Source: a virus (taxonomy: Duplodnaviria > Caudoviricetes). Taken from it: 53,002 nucleotides of DNA. Below the pieces are notes generated by a model, which worked only from the letters and a program-made list of their open reading frames with translations, had not been told where the DNA came from and did not search any database. Both the position numbers and the translations under genes were made by a program. The DNA lies in the IMG/VR virus record IMGVR_UViG_3300044453_000120, positions 1 to 53,002 of that record; one strand, 5' to 3'. Position 1 is the first letter of the stretch. Every line of letters begins with the position of its first letter. Shown here one piece after another: positions 34,564 through 45,258 of the stretch.

Positions 34564-37500
34564 TTAACCTCGCTTGTAAATTACGGCGACCTGTTTCACT
34601 TGGTCAGGGGAGTCAAAAGTGACGTTGTGACGTACTTGCGCGACCGTGTAACGCTCCTCAGATTGCGTGGGTTGGCGCATGCCTTTGCCGAGCATGGAAC
34701 TTGAGCAAATCAGGTCGCCCGTTTGCAAATTGCCTCCTTCGCCACACACATTCATTGCCCCTTCGCCGCCAGCGTTGATTGATGCAATGTCGTATAAGTA
34801 GGCCAGTTGCTCCCACTCTTCAAAGCCTTTTAGTCCTGCGGGTTGTTCGTCTGTGAGCGTTCTACGGCGGGTGAAAATACCTCGGGCCGTAACGTCCATG
34901 GGGCTACTAGATAGCTTTGCTGTACATATCGCATTGGATATATCCGCAATGTGCATGAGTTCGTCATCGCATAGAATGTCGCCTGCGGCAGGGGTTAACT
35001 CCTTTGGTAACAGAGTTTCATGGGCAGAAGTATGGGGGCCTATTTCACCCTTACGGGCGTAAACCGCCCAGCCAACACCACTCACATCAATACCTGTTGA
35101 TGTTGTTGATTTAATTTGAGCGGCAATCCGTGTACTATTGAGACCTAAATGCTCTGTAACGACTTTCTTTGAGAATAATGAATCTGACGAAACGGAAATA
35201 AATTTAGCCGAACCATTGATGGAGAGCGAAGCTGTCAGAGTAAGCGTTCTGTCGTAAAACTGTATTGAGGATGAATTAACCGTAACTTGGCCATACCCAC
35301 TGTTTTTAAATTTAGCACCGGCATAAAACTGAACGGTATTAGAGAAAGCCGCTGAAGTTGCTTTAATCACTCCCTGAAATACATATCTTCTAGTTGACGG
35401 ATCAAAGTAAACAACACGATTTTGATAGTCGTCTAGTAGTTCAAACGCACCTGACTTAAACCGAATTTTACCGGGTGTAATAGTCATACCCGTCACCGTG
35501 CCATTTTCGTCAACACCTAGCTCAGCACGCGCACCTAATTCATTTAGCGTCCCCGCGTGTGACTGAAGCGTTAAATATGCACTGCTAATTTGATCCTCGG
35601 AATTTCTTACCCGCGTCGCGAGATTTTGCGTAGCCGTTGCTGCACCCTCGGCCGTGGTTTTAACATCTGAGATTTGACTGGCGTTGGCATTGACCCCTTG
35701 CTCTATGTTTTCAGCACGTAAATTCAGCGCTGAAATGGCGCGGCTGTTGTTGTTTGCATCGGTTTGCGCTGTATCGACTCTGTTATTTACCGCCCATACA
35801 CTGCCAGCAATGCTATTTGCGCGCAGCGTGAGCGTATTCAATGCTGAGTTATTGCCTTCTACGTCGCTTTTTACCACGCTCAGTGCGTCGTTTACGGCTC
35901 CTATGCGCTCGCCCATGCCTGTTTCAAGCCGTGTATTTGCGGCTGAAATGGCTTCGTCAGTACTTGTTTTGGTATAAAAGGTTTGATCTAGATAAGCTCT
36001 ATTATCATTAACTTTACTTTCAAGTACTGTTTTAGCTTGTGATATGGCTTTATTAGCATCTACTTTTGTAATGAAATACGTTTCAATTTCGCTGTGGTTT
36101 TCATCGACTGTTGATGTTAGTTTGGTTATTTTTGTTGCAATGGCTTCGTTTTCTTTTGCTTGTGCCGCCGCTACTTCGACTATTACCGCATTGGTGTTAT
36201 CGGTTTTTTGCTCTAAGTGCAATGTGCTTTTTAAATCAGCGTCAAACACATTCTCGCTGTCTAATGCTTGTTCGAGCACCGATTCGGCGAGCGCGTCCAT
36301 TTCGTTTATGTCTGCTTTAATGTCTTTGATGTCTTGTAAATTAACACCCGTGACACTAAATTGTTGCCGCTGTACGAGAAGGCCATGTGTAGCAGTGGCG
36401 GTTAAATTGGGGGTGCCTTGGCCGTCGAATGTAATTAACAGCGGTTCGCCGCTGTCATTGGTTGCATCGTCGTTTAACTGTGCGTTTAGTAAGCCGTTTT
36501 CACTGTCTAAATTTACGTTAAATGATCGGCGGGCCAATTGCGTTTGTGACTTCGCATCGTTGAGTACCACCGCACACTTTTGCTCAAGCGTGGCGGGGTG
36601 CCATGTGTCGCCTAAGCTAAGCCAAGTGGGTGACTGACTTAACTCAAAGACCAGCCCCGTGACGCGCTCTGACGCGCTGAGGGCTTTGGTTTTAATATTG
36701 AATGTTTGCCACTGGCTTTTGCCAGTTACATTGATAGTGCGACATTGCCCACTGTATTCAGTAGCAGGCAATAAGCCCGCCATGGTGAGCTGCGCGCCGA
36801 TCACCTTTTTTTGGGTGCCTTCGCCTGCAAATTGCCATTCGAATTGAGTGCCTATCCCCGCGTTATTCACTGAGGCGCTCAGCGTTATAGTATCGTGCGT
36901 TTTTGATAACGTTGTAATTGTTGGCTTCGTTGGTCGCGTAACCTCAAAGCTTATTTTTGCCCATGCGCTGTTGTAGCCTAACGCTGAACGAGCGCGCACG
37001 TCTATTTCGTAACTGCCCGACGAGAGCGTACTAATTAAAAACTGTGGCAACGTGCTGCTGTGCGAGCTTAAATGCCGTTCACCTTTGTGTATTTGTATAT
37101 CAAACTGGGTGTGCGGGGATTGCCATTTTATCAGTATTTTACCGTCGTCTTGTGTATGAATAGTGAAGTTTTCAACGGGTTGCACTTTACGTGGATCGGG
37201 TAAAATGGTGTCGGGGATCGGCGGGCGCACGTTGCCATTAAGCCAGTTGTAAATGTATGGCTGGTGCTCACGTAAGCGTAATTTAAACCAGCCGTCGTTT
37301 AACATTTCGATGTGCATAAGCCTGAACGGTTTGCCCGCCAGCCCTAATTTTTCGTGATGAACGGGGATCACATCGCCATGGGTGTATTGTATTGCGCGCG
37401 GGCATACTTCAATTTCAAGAGTATACGACTCGCGCGAAAGCATAGCGATAACACGGGCCATCTGTCGTGCTTCATAGTAGTCTGTTATTGCATTCACTTT

Positions 37501-38580
37501 AAAGCGTGTATCAAGCACTTGGTTGTTGTCTTCACTGAGCCACTGCTTTGCGAGATCGCTGTCGGGCTCTGGGTAAATGGCTTGCTGTGTTGACCATTTT
37601 TGATCTGCGTCGGCAAATTCAACAATGACAGAATTAAAGCGTTTTGATACGCCACTTTCTTTGTGTTTTAACGCACCTCGGATCATGTTTTGCAAAATGG
37701 GCGCGTTAACGGGCGCGTCGTCTTGCTCAATGACTAAAGTCAACTTGCCGTCGATTACGGGCAACGTGGCGCGCATGGTTTTAAGCAAAGCATTTACATT
37801 GTCGAGTACGCGAGTGCCAGCGGTATCGAGGGCAATATTGGTTGTAAACAAGAATTTTTTATCACTGCTGCCCTGTGAGACAGGTACTTGCGTATTGCAA
37901 ATGCGCGCACCCCGCGAAAATGACGCAATATCAATGTTAGCGGGGTTTTCGCCTTTACCATATCTGGGGTGTGTTAAATAGTCATAAAGACATTCTGCAG
38001 GATTGGTGCTGTATTGTTTGTTGTTGCTGTTTGCTGCTAAATTTTTGACTTTTGCGCCTTTGACCACGGCTTTGATGTTGGGGATGCCTGTGAATGGGGC
38101 ATCGTCGTCAATGCTCCACTCTAGTCGTATATATGAGCAAGCAGTGCCTTGCAAAACATGCTTTTTATAAATTGGGTCCCAGCCAGCTTGACGCAAAAGC
38201 GGGTCATTGTACCCCGTCATTCCGTCTATAAAGTTATTAGCATATGCCCAGCGACGTCCATCTTTGTCATCATATCGACTATCAGTAATTTCATAATCAC
38301 CGAGCCAAATTTGCTCAATTTCTGTGACGGGCTCAGACCAAGCGATCACCAGGTGTAATAAGTCGTTTTTAACATCGTCGTTGTCAGCGTCATTGGTATT
38401 CATAAATACGATTGTGCCCGCAATCATTCGACGGCCGTACACCACTTTAAGCGGGTCGTCTGAACTGGCTTTGGTGGTTAATGTACCCGTTTGCTGTTCG
38501 GGTATGTCGGGGGTCATCCAATCAAAAAGGGCTTTAATTGGAGAGAATAAAATACTGGCGAGATCGCTTAATGCGCCCAT
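34564..38580 (-). CDS. Tail tip / host-specificity protein (gpJ-like)
   Basis: LKVVYGRR, STNPAECLYDYLT..RYG, FN3-like segments, coiled coil. Confidence 0.85.
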   Translation of the reverse strand: MGALSDLASILFSPIKALFDWMTPDIPEQQTGTLTTKASSDDPLKVVYGRRMIAGTIVFMNTNDADNDDVKNDLLHLVIAWSEPVTEIEQIWLGDYEITDSRYDDKDGRRWAYANNFIDGMTGYNDPLLRQAGWDPIYKKHVLQGTACSYIRLEWSIDDDAPFTGIPNIKAVVKGAKVKNLAANSNNKQYSTNPAECLYDYLTHPRYGKGENPANIDIASFSRGARICNTQVPVSQGSSDKKFLFTTNIALDTAGTRVLDNVNALLKTMRATLPVIDGKLTLVIEQDDAPVNAPILQNMIRGALKHKESGVSKRFNSVIVEFADADQKWSTQQAIYPEPDSDLAKQWLSEDNNQVLDTRFKVNAITDYYEARQMARVIAMLSRESYTLEIEVCPRAIQYTHGDVIPVHHEKLGLAGKPFRLMHIEMLNDGWFKLRLREHQPYIYNWLNGNVRPPIPDTILPDPRKVQPVENFTIHTQDDGKILIKWQSPHTQFDIQIHKGERHLSSHSSTLPQFLISTLSSGSYEIDVRARSALGYNSAWAKISFEVTRPTKPTITTLSKTHDTITLSASVNNAGIGTQFEWQFAGEGTQKKVIGAQLTMAGLLPATEYSGQCRTINVTGKSQWQTFNIKTKALSASERVTGLVFELSQSPTWLSLGDTWHPATLEQKCAVVLNDAKSQTQLARRSFNVNLDSENGLLNAQLNDDATNDSGEPLLITFDGQGTPNLTATATHGLLVQRQQFSVTGVNLQDIKDIKADINEMDALAESVLEQALDSENVFDADLKSTLHLEQKTDNTNAVIVEVAAAQAKENEAIATKITKLTSTVDENHSEIETYFITKVDANKAISQAKTVLESKVNDNRAYLDQTFYTKTSTDEAISAANTRLETGMGERIGAVNDALSVVKSDVEGNNSALNTLTLRANSIAGSVWAVNNRVDTAQTDANNNSRAISALNLRAENIEQGVNANASQISDVKTTAEGAATATQNLATRVRNSEDQISSAYLTLQSHAGTLNELGARAELGVDENGTVTGMTITPGKIRFKSGAFELLDDYQNRVVYFDPSTRRYVFQGVIKATSAAFSNTVQFYAGAKFKNSGYGQVTVNSSSIQFYDRTLTLTASLSINGSAKFISVSSDSLFSKKVVTEHLGLNSTRIAAQIKSTTSTGIDVSGVGWAVYARKGEIGPHTSAHETLLPKELTPAAGDILCDDELMHIADISNAICTAKLSSSPMDVTARGIFTRRRTLTDEQPAGLKGFEEWEQLAYLYDIASINAGGEGAMNVCGEGGNLQTGDLICSSSMLGKGMRQPTQSEERYTVAQVRHNVTFDSPDQVKQVAVIYKRG

Positions 38581-38607
38581 GTAATGACCTTTTTTACTTG
38601 TTAATAC

Positions 38608-39219
38608 TTAGTGATGAGAGAGCAAGTTGCGACGACTCGAACCGCCCCCGCCGCCAGTGCGTGCAGGGGTTTTTCCTTCGCGGCCCCAAGGTATATCGGT
38701 GATAACTTGGCCGCTAAATTCAAAGCCGTTGTCATTGGGGTAAAATGCGTGCTGACTGTCTTGATTGGTTTTACGGCCACGACTTGCGGCGTAATCGGCC
38801 CACATGCTTGCGGCTTTAAAATCAAGGGTCGCTTTTTTGGGGCTTTCACTGCCTGATTTTTCGGTGAGAATACCTTTAAACAAGCTTATACTGCCTGCCA
38901 CACGGTGATCTGCATGAAAATAAACGCGGCGGATCTCTACGGATTGGTTTAACCATTTTTGGTTGTTAAATAATGCATTTAAATCTTTGCTTTGCGCATT
39001 GAGTTGGATTGATATTTCGTCAATCTTAGGCTCGCTACTGAGCCGAATTCTAGGCGCTGACGTCCAAAAGCCGGGCAAATATTTAACTGCGTGGTGTACA
39101 ACATCATGCGGTGCATCAGTAAAATTGAGTGTCGTATCGCTGAGCGTAATAGTTAATAAATGCGCGAATTTGTGCGGCGAATCGAGTAGATTTAAAAAAT
39201 CATCTGGATAGCTAATCAT
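38608..39219 (-). CDS. Minor tail / hub protein
   Basis: Position; RKTNQDSQHAFYPNDNGFEF..IPWG motif. Confidence 0.7.
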   Translation of the reverse strand: MISYPDDFLNLLDSPHKFAHLLTITLSDTTLNFTDAPHDVVHHAVKYLPGFWTSAPRIRLSSEPKIDEISIQLNAQSKDLNALFNNQKWLNQSVEIRRVYFHADHRVAGSISLFKGILTEKSGSESPKKATLDFKAASMWADYAASRGRKTNQDSQHAFYPNDNGFEFSGQVITDIPWGREGKTPARTGGGGGSSRRNLLSHH

Positions 39220-39823
39220 GTGCGATCTCTTCAAATTGCAAGGTGATTTTTTGGCTTGCTTTGGTGGCTTCAAGATTGAGTTTTGTGACGTCGGTTTTGA
39301 GCGATAATTGAAAATGCACTTCGCGCCCAGCGTATATGTGAGTATTGCGACTGATCGCAGTTCGCAGGCTCGGGGTAAAATGCAGCGTACTTTGCCCTAC
39401 GCCGTTAGTGTTGACATTTCGTGTGATCATGTAGACTTTGCGATGATTCGCAAACTGTATCAAATCACCCACTTTCAGTGCGTTGGTTTTTGTGGCGATA
39501 GCCCCACTGATAGGTACACTGGTTTGCATGGCCACTACGCTTGTACGTGCTTTGCTATTGCTACCAATGCCACTGCCCAACGGAGGCAATGGGTTGCGGT
39601 ATGTGCAACGGCCAAATTGCCCGCGCAAAGACACTGCAAAGGCAAACAAGGCCATGCAATCGGCATACTCTAATGACGGCGTGGTGATATCTAAACAAAA
39701 ATATTGCGGATCGCCAATTTGCGCTACATAGCTTTTACCCCCGTGACCGTTGGCAGTTTGGTTGTGGGTTTTTGAGCTGATCACAACGCCTTGCGGATCA
39801 ACAAACTCGGCAGGGAATATCAT
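39212..39823 (-). CDS. Distal tail protein
   Basis: Follows tape measure; LKVGDLIQFANHRKVYMI. Confidence 0.7.
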   Translation of the reverse strand: MIFPAEFVDPQGVVISSKTHNQTANGHGGKSYVAQIGDPQYFCLDITTPSLEYADCMALFAFAVSLRGQFGRCTYRNPLPPLGSGIGSNSKARTSVVAMQTSVPISGAIATKTNALKVGDLIQFANHRKVYMITRNVNTNGVGQSTLHFTPSLRTAISRNTHIYAGREVHFQLSLKTDVTKLNLEATKASQKITLQFEEIAHD

Positions 39824-39844
39824 AAATACCTTTGTTTTTTTATG

Positions 39845-42148
39845 CTAAATAGGTCTATCAAAGCGCTCTTGCACGTCGCGTAAAATGTCGTCTTTTTTGT
39901 TCTCAAACCACTCATCGAAACCGGCTGCATCGAGCGCGTCAACTGACATGGTAAAGTGATAGCTGTTTTGTGCTGCTTGGCTTGACTGCTGAGCGCTGGC
40001 AAGTTTATTAACAATGTTGTACATGGCATCGAGCTTGGCTGCAGATTCGTTTGTGTACACTCGCTCGCCTTTGTCGAGCAACCAAGTCCCTTCGCGCGGT
40101 ACTGACTCAATACCATTGTGCGCCATACCCACCATGCCAGCACTGATACCCGTTATAGCTGCGGCCATCGGTTGAGTAACGGCCAGCGCTGACGCCATAG
40201 CTGCGGGCGCTGCAGGCGGGCCAACAATGGGAATGGCGGCGGTGCTGGCAAAGGCATTTAAGCCCGCAATCATTGCCATTGCTTGGGCTTGTGTAGTCAT
40301 TAAACCCGCAGCACCGGCTGCGGTGGTTTTGTTGAGCAGTTTTTCAATGGCCCACACGGCTAAGCGTTTTGCAGCCATTTCGGCCAAGGCGGCAATGGTG
40401 CTTTTTACTACGCCGCGCATGACACTTTTCATTGAGTCGCTAAAGCTCTGCTGGGTCATTACCGCGTTTGCAACACTTTCGCCAATGCCTTGGGTAAAGC
40501 GGTCAAAGGTATTGCCCCACATGGTTTGATAATCAGTTGATGTTTGTGCCACTTGCGCTTTTAGTTGCGATAAAAAGCCTTGGTTTTGTTGTAATTGAGT
40601 AGCGTTATATTGCTCAGTGGCTTGAGTTGCGAGTAGTCGATATTGTTCGTCGTTGATCACCTTTTGGTCGTTGGCTTTGGCATATTCGCTGAGCTTAATT
40701 GCTAACTGAGCTCTTTCTTCGCTCCAGTCTTGCTCACGCATTAAGCGCTTTGTTTCGTAGTATTGCTGTGCTTGCTTGATCTGCGCGGCAAACGGGTTGG
40801 CTACTACAGTTTGTGGCTTGTACTCGGGGGCATCTGGGGTTACTGGGGGAGTAACGCCTGATAAGTCAACTTTTACATTGGCAATTTCGCTTTTCAGCTT
40901 TTTGATGGTTGAAAGGGCATTTGTAAATGGGGCGGTAATGCCCTCTTGTTGCTCAAACTCAGTGAGCTGCTGTTCTAAATTTTCAAGCTGCATGCCTGTG
41001 CGGCCCAAGGCGTATAAGCTTTGTTCGTGCTCTGCAATAAACTGACGAGCTTGCTGTTGCTGCACTTGCGATAAACTGCGGGTGCCGTTTTCGACCTCTT
41101 TTAAAATTGCTTTGGTTTTTTGATAAGCGGCGAGATTGCTTTCATAATCGCGGGCTTGCTTCTTATATACGTTATTTAAGTTGCGTACATTGCGCTGCAT
41201 GATTATGTAAGCCGCGTTGTGCTCTCCGGCAATTTTGTATGTAGCGCTGTTCACTTGATAAAACAACTGCGACAAGCTTTGTATGCTGGTTTGTACCGCA
41301 GTTAAAATTGAATTTGCTAAAGTTTTGCCTAAGTTTGCAAAGCCACCGCTTGCCTTGGCGGTGTCGGTAAGCCACGCGCGTAAACCTTCAGTAACATATT
41401 TGATGGCGGGGGCTGCGGCGGCTACGAGGTGTTGCCACGCCCCGCCGAGCATGGCGCCAAGAGTATTAATTTCGAGGTGCGTGGCTTTCACGCCTGCGAT
41501 CACATCTTGACTCATGACCAAGCCTAAGTCTTGGGCCAGCTTTACATTCGCAGCAAATTCGCCTTTGTTGCCGACGAGGGTGCCAAACATTTGGCTGGCT
41601 GAGTCGTTGATCTCGTCAAGCCAAAAACGCGCTTGGCTTTGGCTCATTTTATTGATTTCTTGGGTGAATCGTTCAAATTGCTGGGCGGGTTGTAACTGCT
41701 GCCACTCCTGCACACTTTGCCCTGTGACTTTAAAAAAGTCGGCCATGGCCCCGCCGCCTGTGAGCGCAAAATCAGTCACTTTGGCGTTGAGGTCTTTTAT
41801 CACATCTGCAAATTGCTCTGACTCTAACCCCGCCACGCGCGTGGCAAACGCGTACGCCTGGTACTGCTCAACAGGCATACTAACATTGGCCGCTTGGCGG
41901 CGTATTTCGTCAATAGATTTAAGGGTGCGTTTAACCGCATACACCCCCGCACCGAGCGTGGCAGTACCGGCTAAAATACCGCGCCCCATATTTTTACCCA
42001 GCGCAACACTGCCGCGCGCAAGTGAACTCAACTGCTTTTTTGCTTGGGCCACATAACTAGTGGTCGCTTTACGCGCGCGCGTTAACTCTTTGCGCAAAAC
42101 CGCAGAATTAGCGCCAAGTTGTATATTTAAGCTGGCGAGTGTACTCAT
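39845..42148 (-). CDS. Tail tape measure protein
   Basis: 767 aa, Ala/Gln-rich; GMAHNGIESVPREGTWLLDKGERV C-terminal motif. Confidence 0.9.
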   Translation of the reverse strand: MSTLASLNIQLGANSAVLRKELTRARKATTSYVAQAKKQLSSLARGSVALGKNMGRGILAGTATLGAGVYAVKRTLKSIDEIRRQAANVSMPVEQYQAYAFATRVAGLESEQFADVIKDLNAKVTDFALTGGGAMADFFKVTGQSVQEWQQLQPAQQFERFTQEINKMSQSQARFWLDEINDSASQMFGTLVGNKGEFAANVKLAQDLGLVMSQDVIAGVKATHLEINTLGAMLGGAWQHLVAAAAPAIKYVTEGLRAWLTDTAKASGGFANLGKTLANSILTAVQTSIQSLSQLFYQVNSATYKIAGEHNAAYIIMQRNVRNLNNVYKKQARDYESNLAAYQKTKAILKEVENGTRSLSQVQQQQARQFIAEHEQSLYALGRTGMQLENLEQQLTEFEQQEGITAPFTNALSTIKKLKSEIANVKVDLSGVTPPVTPDAPEYKPQTVVANPFAAQIKQAQQYYETKRLMREQDWSEERAQLAIKLSEYAKANDQKVINDEQYRLLATQATEQYNATQLQQNQGFLSQLKAQVAQTSTDYQTMWGNTFDRFTQGIGESVANAVMTQQSFSDSMKSVMRGVVKSTIAALAEMAAKRLAVWAIEKLLNKTTAAGAAGLMTTQAQAMAMIAGLNAFASTAAIPIVGPPAAPAAMASALAVTQPMAAAITGISAGMVGMAHNGIESVPREGTWLLDKGERVYTNESAAKLDAMYNIVNKLASAQQSSQAAQNSYHFTMSVDALDAAGFDEWFENKKDDILRDVQERFDRPI

Positions 42149-42711
42149 TTATTCTGATCCCCATGCTTTTAAATAAGCGAGTGCTTGCTCGTTATTGAGT
42201 TTTTTGGACTGTTGTGTTGTGTGCGCGGCGTCGTGTTGTAGCTCTTTGAATGCAATGATTTCTGCAATGTCGGCTTTTGTTGCTTTTTGGCGCAGTTCGG
42301 ACGGCAAGCAACCCAGCTCAAGCGCCACACTGATAATAGCGATTTGCCAACCGTCCTCTTTTAGTTTTTTTTCAGCTCCTCAATATCATCTTGAGTGACA
42401 TTATTAAGCTCTTGCGCGGCGGTAAATAACTTGTTCATCGGCGCGGCGGGTAACTCTGATATAGCTTGAATATCATCGCTGTTAAATATCAAACGCCCCT
42501 CTTCATCAACAACTGTTTTCACAATCAAACTGGCTTTAATGCTTATATCTTCACGCATTTCGCCTGTGTCGTTCATGATTTCACGCTCCCACTGTTCTTG
42601 CATAGAAAGCGTTAAAGGTTTAACTCGTACTTCACCAAGGCCGTCGATATAGACAGATTTAGACGCTGGCAAACCTAATTTTGAAAAAAAAGCTGCTTTA
42701 TTTAAGGCCAT
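42149..42711 (-). CDS. Tail assembly chaperone gpG (42361-42711) with -1 frameshift extension gpGT
   Basis: Slippery A8 run (GAAAAAAAAC) before the gpG stop; -1 frame open: KLKEDGWQIAIISVALELGCLPSEL...KAWGSE*, ending next to the TMP start. Confidence 0.8.
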
Positions 42712-43118
42712 TATGCAATTCCTCCATCTTTGTTAACTGCGCACTTAACTATAAGATTAAGGTGGTTGTCTTTTTCAGGCTCTGATACTGTAAAGCCTGC
42801 AAAAACAATGGTTGCTGACCATGTTGGGCCATCGGGTACACTCACTTGGCATACACGCTCTTCCCCCGCATTACACGCGGCTTTTACTTCTTGCTGACCT
42901 GGATCGTCGGCATCATATTGAAAAGTTATATCGCGCTCGCCGCCGTCTTTGCGGTTTGATTTGGCATATTTTTCTTCAGTGTCAGACAATGTTGATACAT
43001 TGTTTAATTTAGCCTCTGAGCCTATGTTACCGCCTAGGCCATCAAAGCCTTTGACTTCAAGCATTGAACCATCTGTTTTGGTGATTTTGAACTTAGAACC
43101 ATCTGGAAAAGTTGGCAT
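42711..43118 (-). CDS. Major tail tube protein
   Basis: Position; STLSDTEEKY..KDGGE..YDADDPGQ. Confidence 0.75.
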   Translation of the reverse strand: MPTFPDGSKFKITKTDGSMLEVKGFDGLGGNIGSEAKLNNVSTLSDTEEKYAKSNRKDGGERDITFQYDADDPGQQEVKAACNAGEERVCQVSVPDGPTWSATIVFAGFTVSEPEKDNHLNLIVKCAVNKDGGIA

Positions 43119-43120
43119 TG

Positions 43121-43492
43121 TTATTCCTCTTCATAGTTAATTGTAAAATCATGCATGCGACGATGCGTGCCGCTGCCATCGTCGAGGCTGGGTATTTCGC
43201 TTTGCTCGACGATGCTTTTAATGTGTATGTTGCCGATCAGACCGCGCTGTGTTGGTAGTGTGGTGCGCACGGATTTGGCAATGGTTTGCGCCTCTTTAAG
43301 TGAGTTGGCCACACTGTTAATTTGTACCGTGGCACTGCGATAACCTGTGTTGTCGAGTGTCGTCACTGGTTTACTATTAATAATTTGATAACTGATCGCG
43401 GGTAATGGTGTATTGTTTGGGATCGCATGGTGATATATGCGGTTATGGCCAACGATGGCATTGAGTAAACTGGTGATTGCTTGCTCTAACAT
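43121..43492 (-). CDS. Tail terminator (DUF3168-like)
   Basis: RIY..AIP...LPAISYQII. Confidence 0.75.
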   Translation of the reverse strand: MLEQAITSLLNAIVGHNRIYHHAIPNNTPLPAISYQIINSKPVTTLDNTGYRSATVQINSVANSLKEAQTIAKSVRTTLPTQRGLIGNIHIKSIVEQSEIPSLDDGSGTHRRMHDFTINYEEE

Positions 43493-43501
43493 AAACCCTC
43501 T

Positions 43502-44038
43502 TTAGCCCTTAGCTTTTTTTATTGCCAGTTCAATGCGGCGCTTGAGCTCGGCACGGGTGACATCAATAATTTGCTGATCGTTATTGAGCAGTGCCGGGCG
43601 AATAAAGGGCTGTGGCTGAATGCCCGGATGAAAATTATTTTTACCTTGGCCAACTTTGCCACGACTGCGCTTTGATTTGGCATTTAAGTCGTGCGGCTTT
43701 ACGCCTGTTTCAAGCCAATAGGCGTAAACAGCGGCGGGTATGTCGCTGCCGCTGGCTTGTTGAATGGCCCGTACGTTATAAATGCCAACATACACGGCGG
43801 CATCGTATAATTTATGTGTTTGTTTTTTATTGAGCGTGGTTTTGGTTTTAATCGACGCCGCCAGTAGCCCCGTTTGGGGCTCAAAGTGGCGTGTTACCGC
43901 GCTTTCGATGGCATTTTGGGCAATCTTGCCACCCGCTTTTAACGACGCCCGCAATGCTTTAGGTGCAACGCTTTGATCAAGCCTGGTAAGTTTCTTTTCA
44001 AGCTCTTTCATGCCCGTGATTTGGCTGTTGTATTGCAT
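43502..44038 (-). CDS. HK97 gp10-family neck protein
   Basis: ITGMKEL, TGLLAASI, YAYWLETG, PQPFIRPA. Confidence 0.85.
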   Translation of the reverse strand: MQYNSQITGMKELEKKLTRLDQSVAPKALRASLKAGGKIAQNAIESAVTRHFEPQTGLLAASIKTKTTLNKKQTHKLYDAAVYVGIYNVRAIQQASGSDIPAAVYAYWLETGVKPHDLNAKSKRSRGKVGQGKNNFHPGIQPQPFIRPALLNNDQQIIDVTRAELKRRIELAIKKAKG

Positions 44039-44047
44039 TTTTTACTT

Positions 44048-44368
44048 TTATTTGTTGCGTGTTAAGTCAAATATAAGGGTGCGATTAGCCAGAGCGACAT
44101 TGGTTATGTCGTCTACCTTGTATTGAGTGCCGCTTATGATGATGCAATCACAGCGTTCAAAATCTGGCCGATAGTCGCAAGCAAAGCTAGCGCTAGCGGT
44201 GCTTATATCGAGTGTTTCACGATTGACTATGCCGCCGCGTTGTTTTTTAAAACTGCCGTGTATGGTGGCGAGTATGCGTGCTTGCTCGGCCATGCCGATG
44301 TCAGTGGGCACTTGTTCGCACACGGTGAGCGTGGCGCGATGGCGTTTTTCACTGGGTTTTAATCGCAT
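44048..44368 (-). CDS. Head-tail adaptor / head closure protein
   Basis: Position and size; KRHRATL. Confidence 0.7.
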   Translation of the reverse strand: MRLKPSEKRHRATLTVCEQVPTDIGMAEQARILATIHGSFKKQRGGIVNRETLDISTASASFACDYRPDFERCDCIIISGTQYKVDDITNVALANRTLIFDLTRNK

Positions 44369-44374
44369 AGTTAG

Positions 44375-44713
44375 TTACCCCACAAACACGCCGATAAATG
44401 GCTTAATGGCCGTTTTATACGCGAGCGTTGCATTGCTCACCTTGTGGCTGTCGGCCTCGGTGGTTTGCCAAAGCGAACCGAGCTGCAATAGCACGGCGGT
44501 TTCTAAATTGCGGAGATGATATTCTTTTAATGTGTCTAAGATGATCGGCGCTTCGGCGTTGTCGGGTACTTCACTGGCCGTTTGATAAATATCGCGGCCA
44601 ATGTCGGCAATGACGAGGCCAATGGCTTGCGTTATTAAAGCGCTGATTTTGTCGTTGTCTAAGTCGTCGTCAATGACAAGTTGCTGCTTTGCGCGCTCGA
44701 GTGTGATCAGCAT
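44375..44713 (-). CDS. Head-tail connector (HK97 gp6-like)
   Basis: ITLERAKQQLVIDDDLDNDKI...AVLLQLGSLW. Confidence 0.8.
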   Translation of the reverse strand: MLITLERAKQQLVIDDDLDNDKISALITQAIGLVIADIGRDIYQTASEVPDNAEAPIILDTLKEYHLRNLETAVLLQLGSLWQTTEADSHKVSNATLAYKTAIKPFIGVFVG

Positions 44714-44769
44714 GGTCGCCTCTTTTTTTAAGCATAAAAAAGCCGCGCGCGGCGGCTTAGGTTTTGAAT

Positions 44770-45201
44770 TTAGATTGCTTTAGCAGTGCCGCTATTAATT
44801 AATTCATTGGCGATGCTTTCAGGCCTACGAGTTGTGTCACCTTTGACGTAATTTTCATAGGATCGCAAAAACTCGATTGTTTGGGATTTGCTACTCGGTG
44901 TAGGTTTACTTTCGGGTTGTTTGGCTTGATTTATCTGCTGCTGATAAAAATTCCATGCCTTATCGCGCTCCTCTGCCGATGGCTTTAAGTTTTTAGTTTT
45001 ACCGTTGTCGTCGAATATTTGCACTTTGATTTCGTCAACATTTGGTTTTTCAGTTGGTGCCTCTACAGCTAACGCGACAACGAACGGGGCAAGTGCTTCG
45101 TCGATACCATCGAGTTTTATTGAAATGTCATTTAATTGTTCAGGCGTAGGCGTGATTAATATTTCTGATAATGAGGTTAATAGTGGGGAATCAGTGGTCA
45201 T
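44770..45201 (-). CDS. Hypothetical head-region protein
   Basis: Between capsid and connector genes. Confidence 0.6.
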   Translation of the reverse strand: MTTDSPLLTSLSEILITPTPEQLNDISIKLDGIDEALAPFVVALAVEAPTEKPNVDEIKVQIFDDNGKTKNLKPSAEERDKAWNFYQQQINQAKQPESKPTPSSKSQTIEFLRSYENYVKGDTTRRPESIANELINSGTAKAI

Positions 45202-45258
45202 CGGATAGAATACCTTTTAAAGTGGGTTGAGGCGCGATTGGCCTCAACAAGTTTTTAT

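Noticed and set aside
30612-38580. Diversity-generating retroelement or tail-fibre shufflon
   Set aside because: No reverse transcriptase, no TR/VR pair and no inverted fibre cassettes were seen; the serine recombinase is far away.
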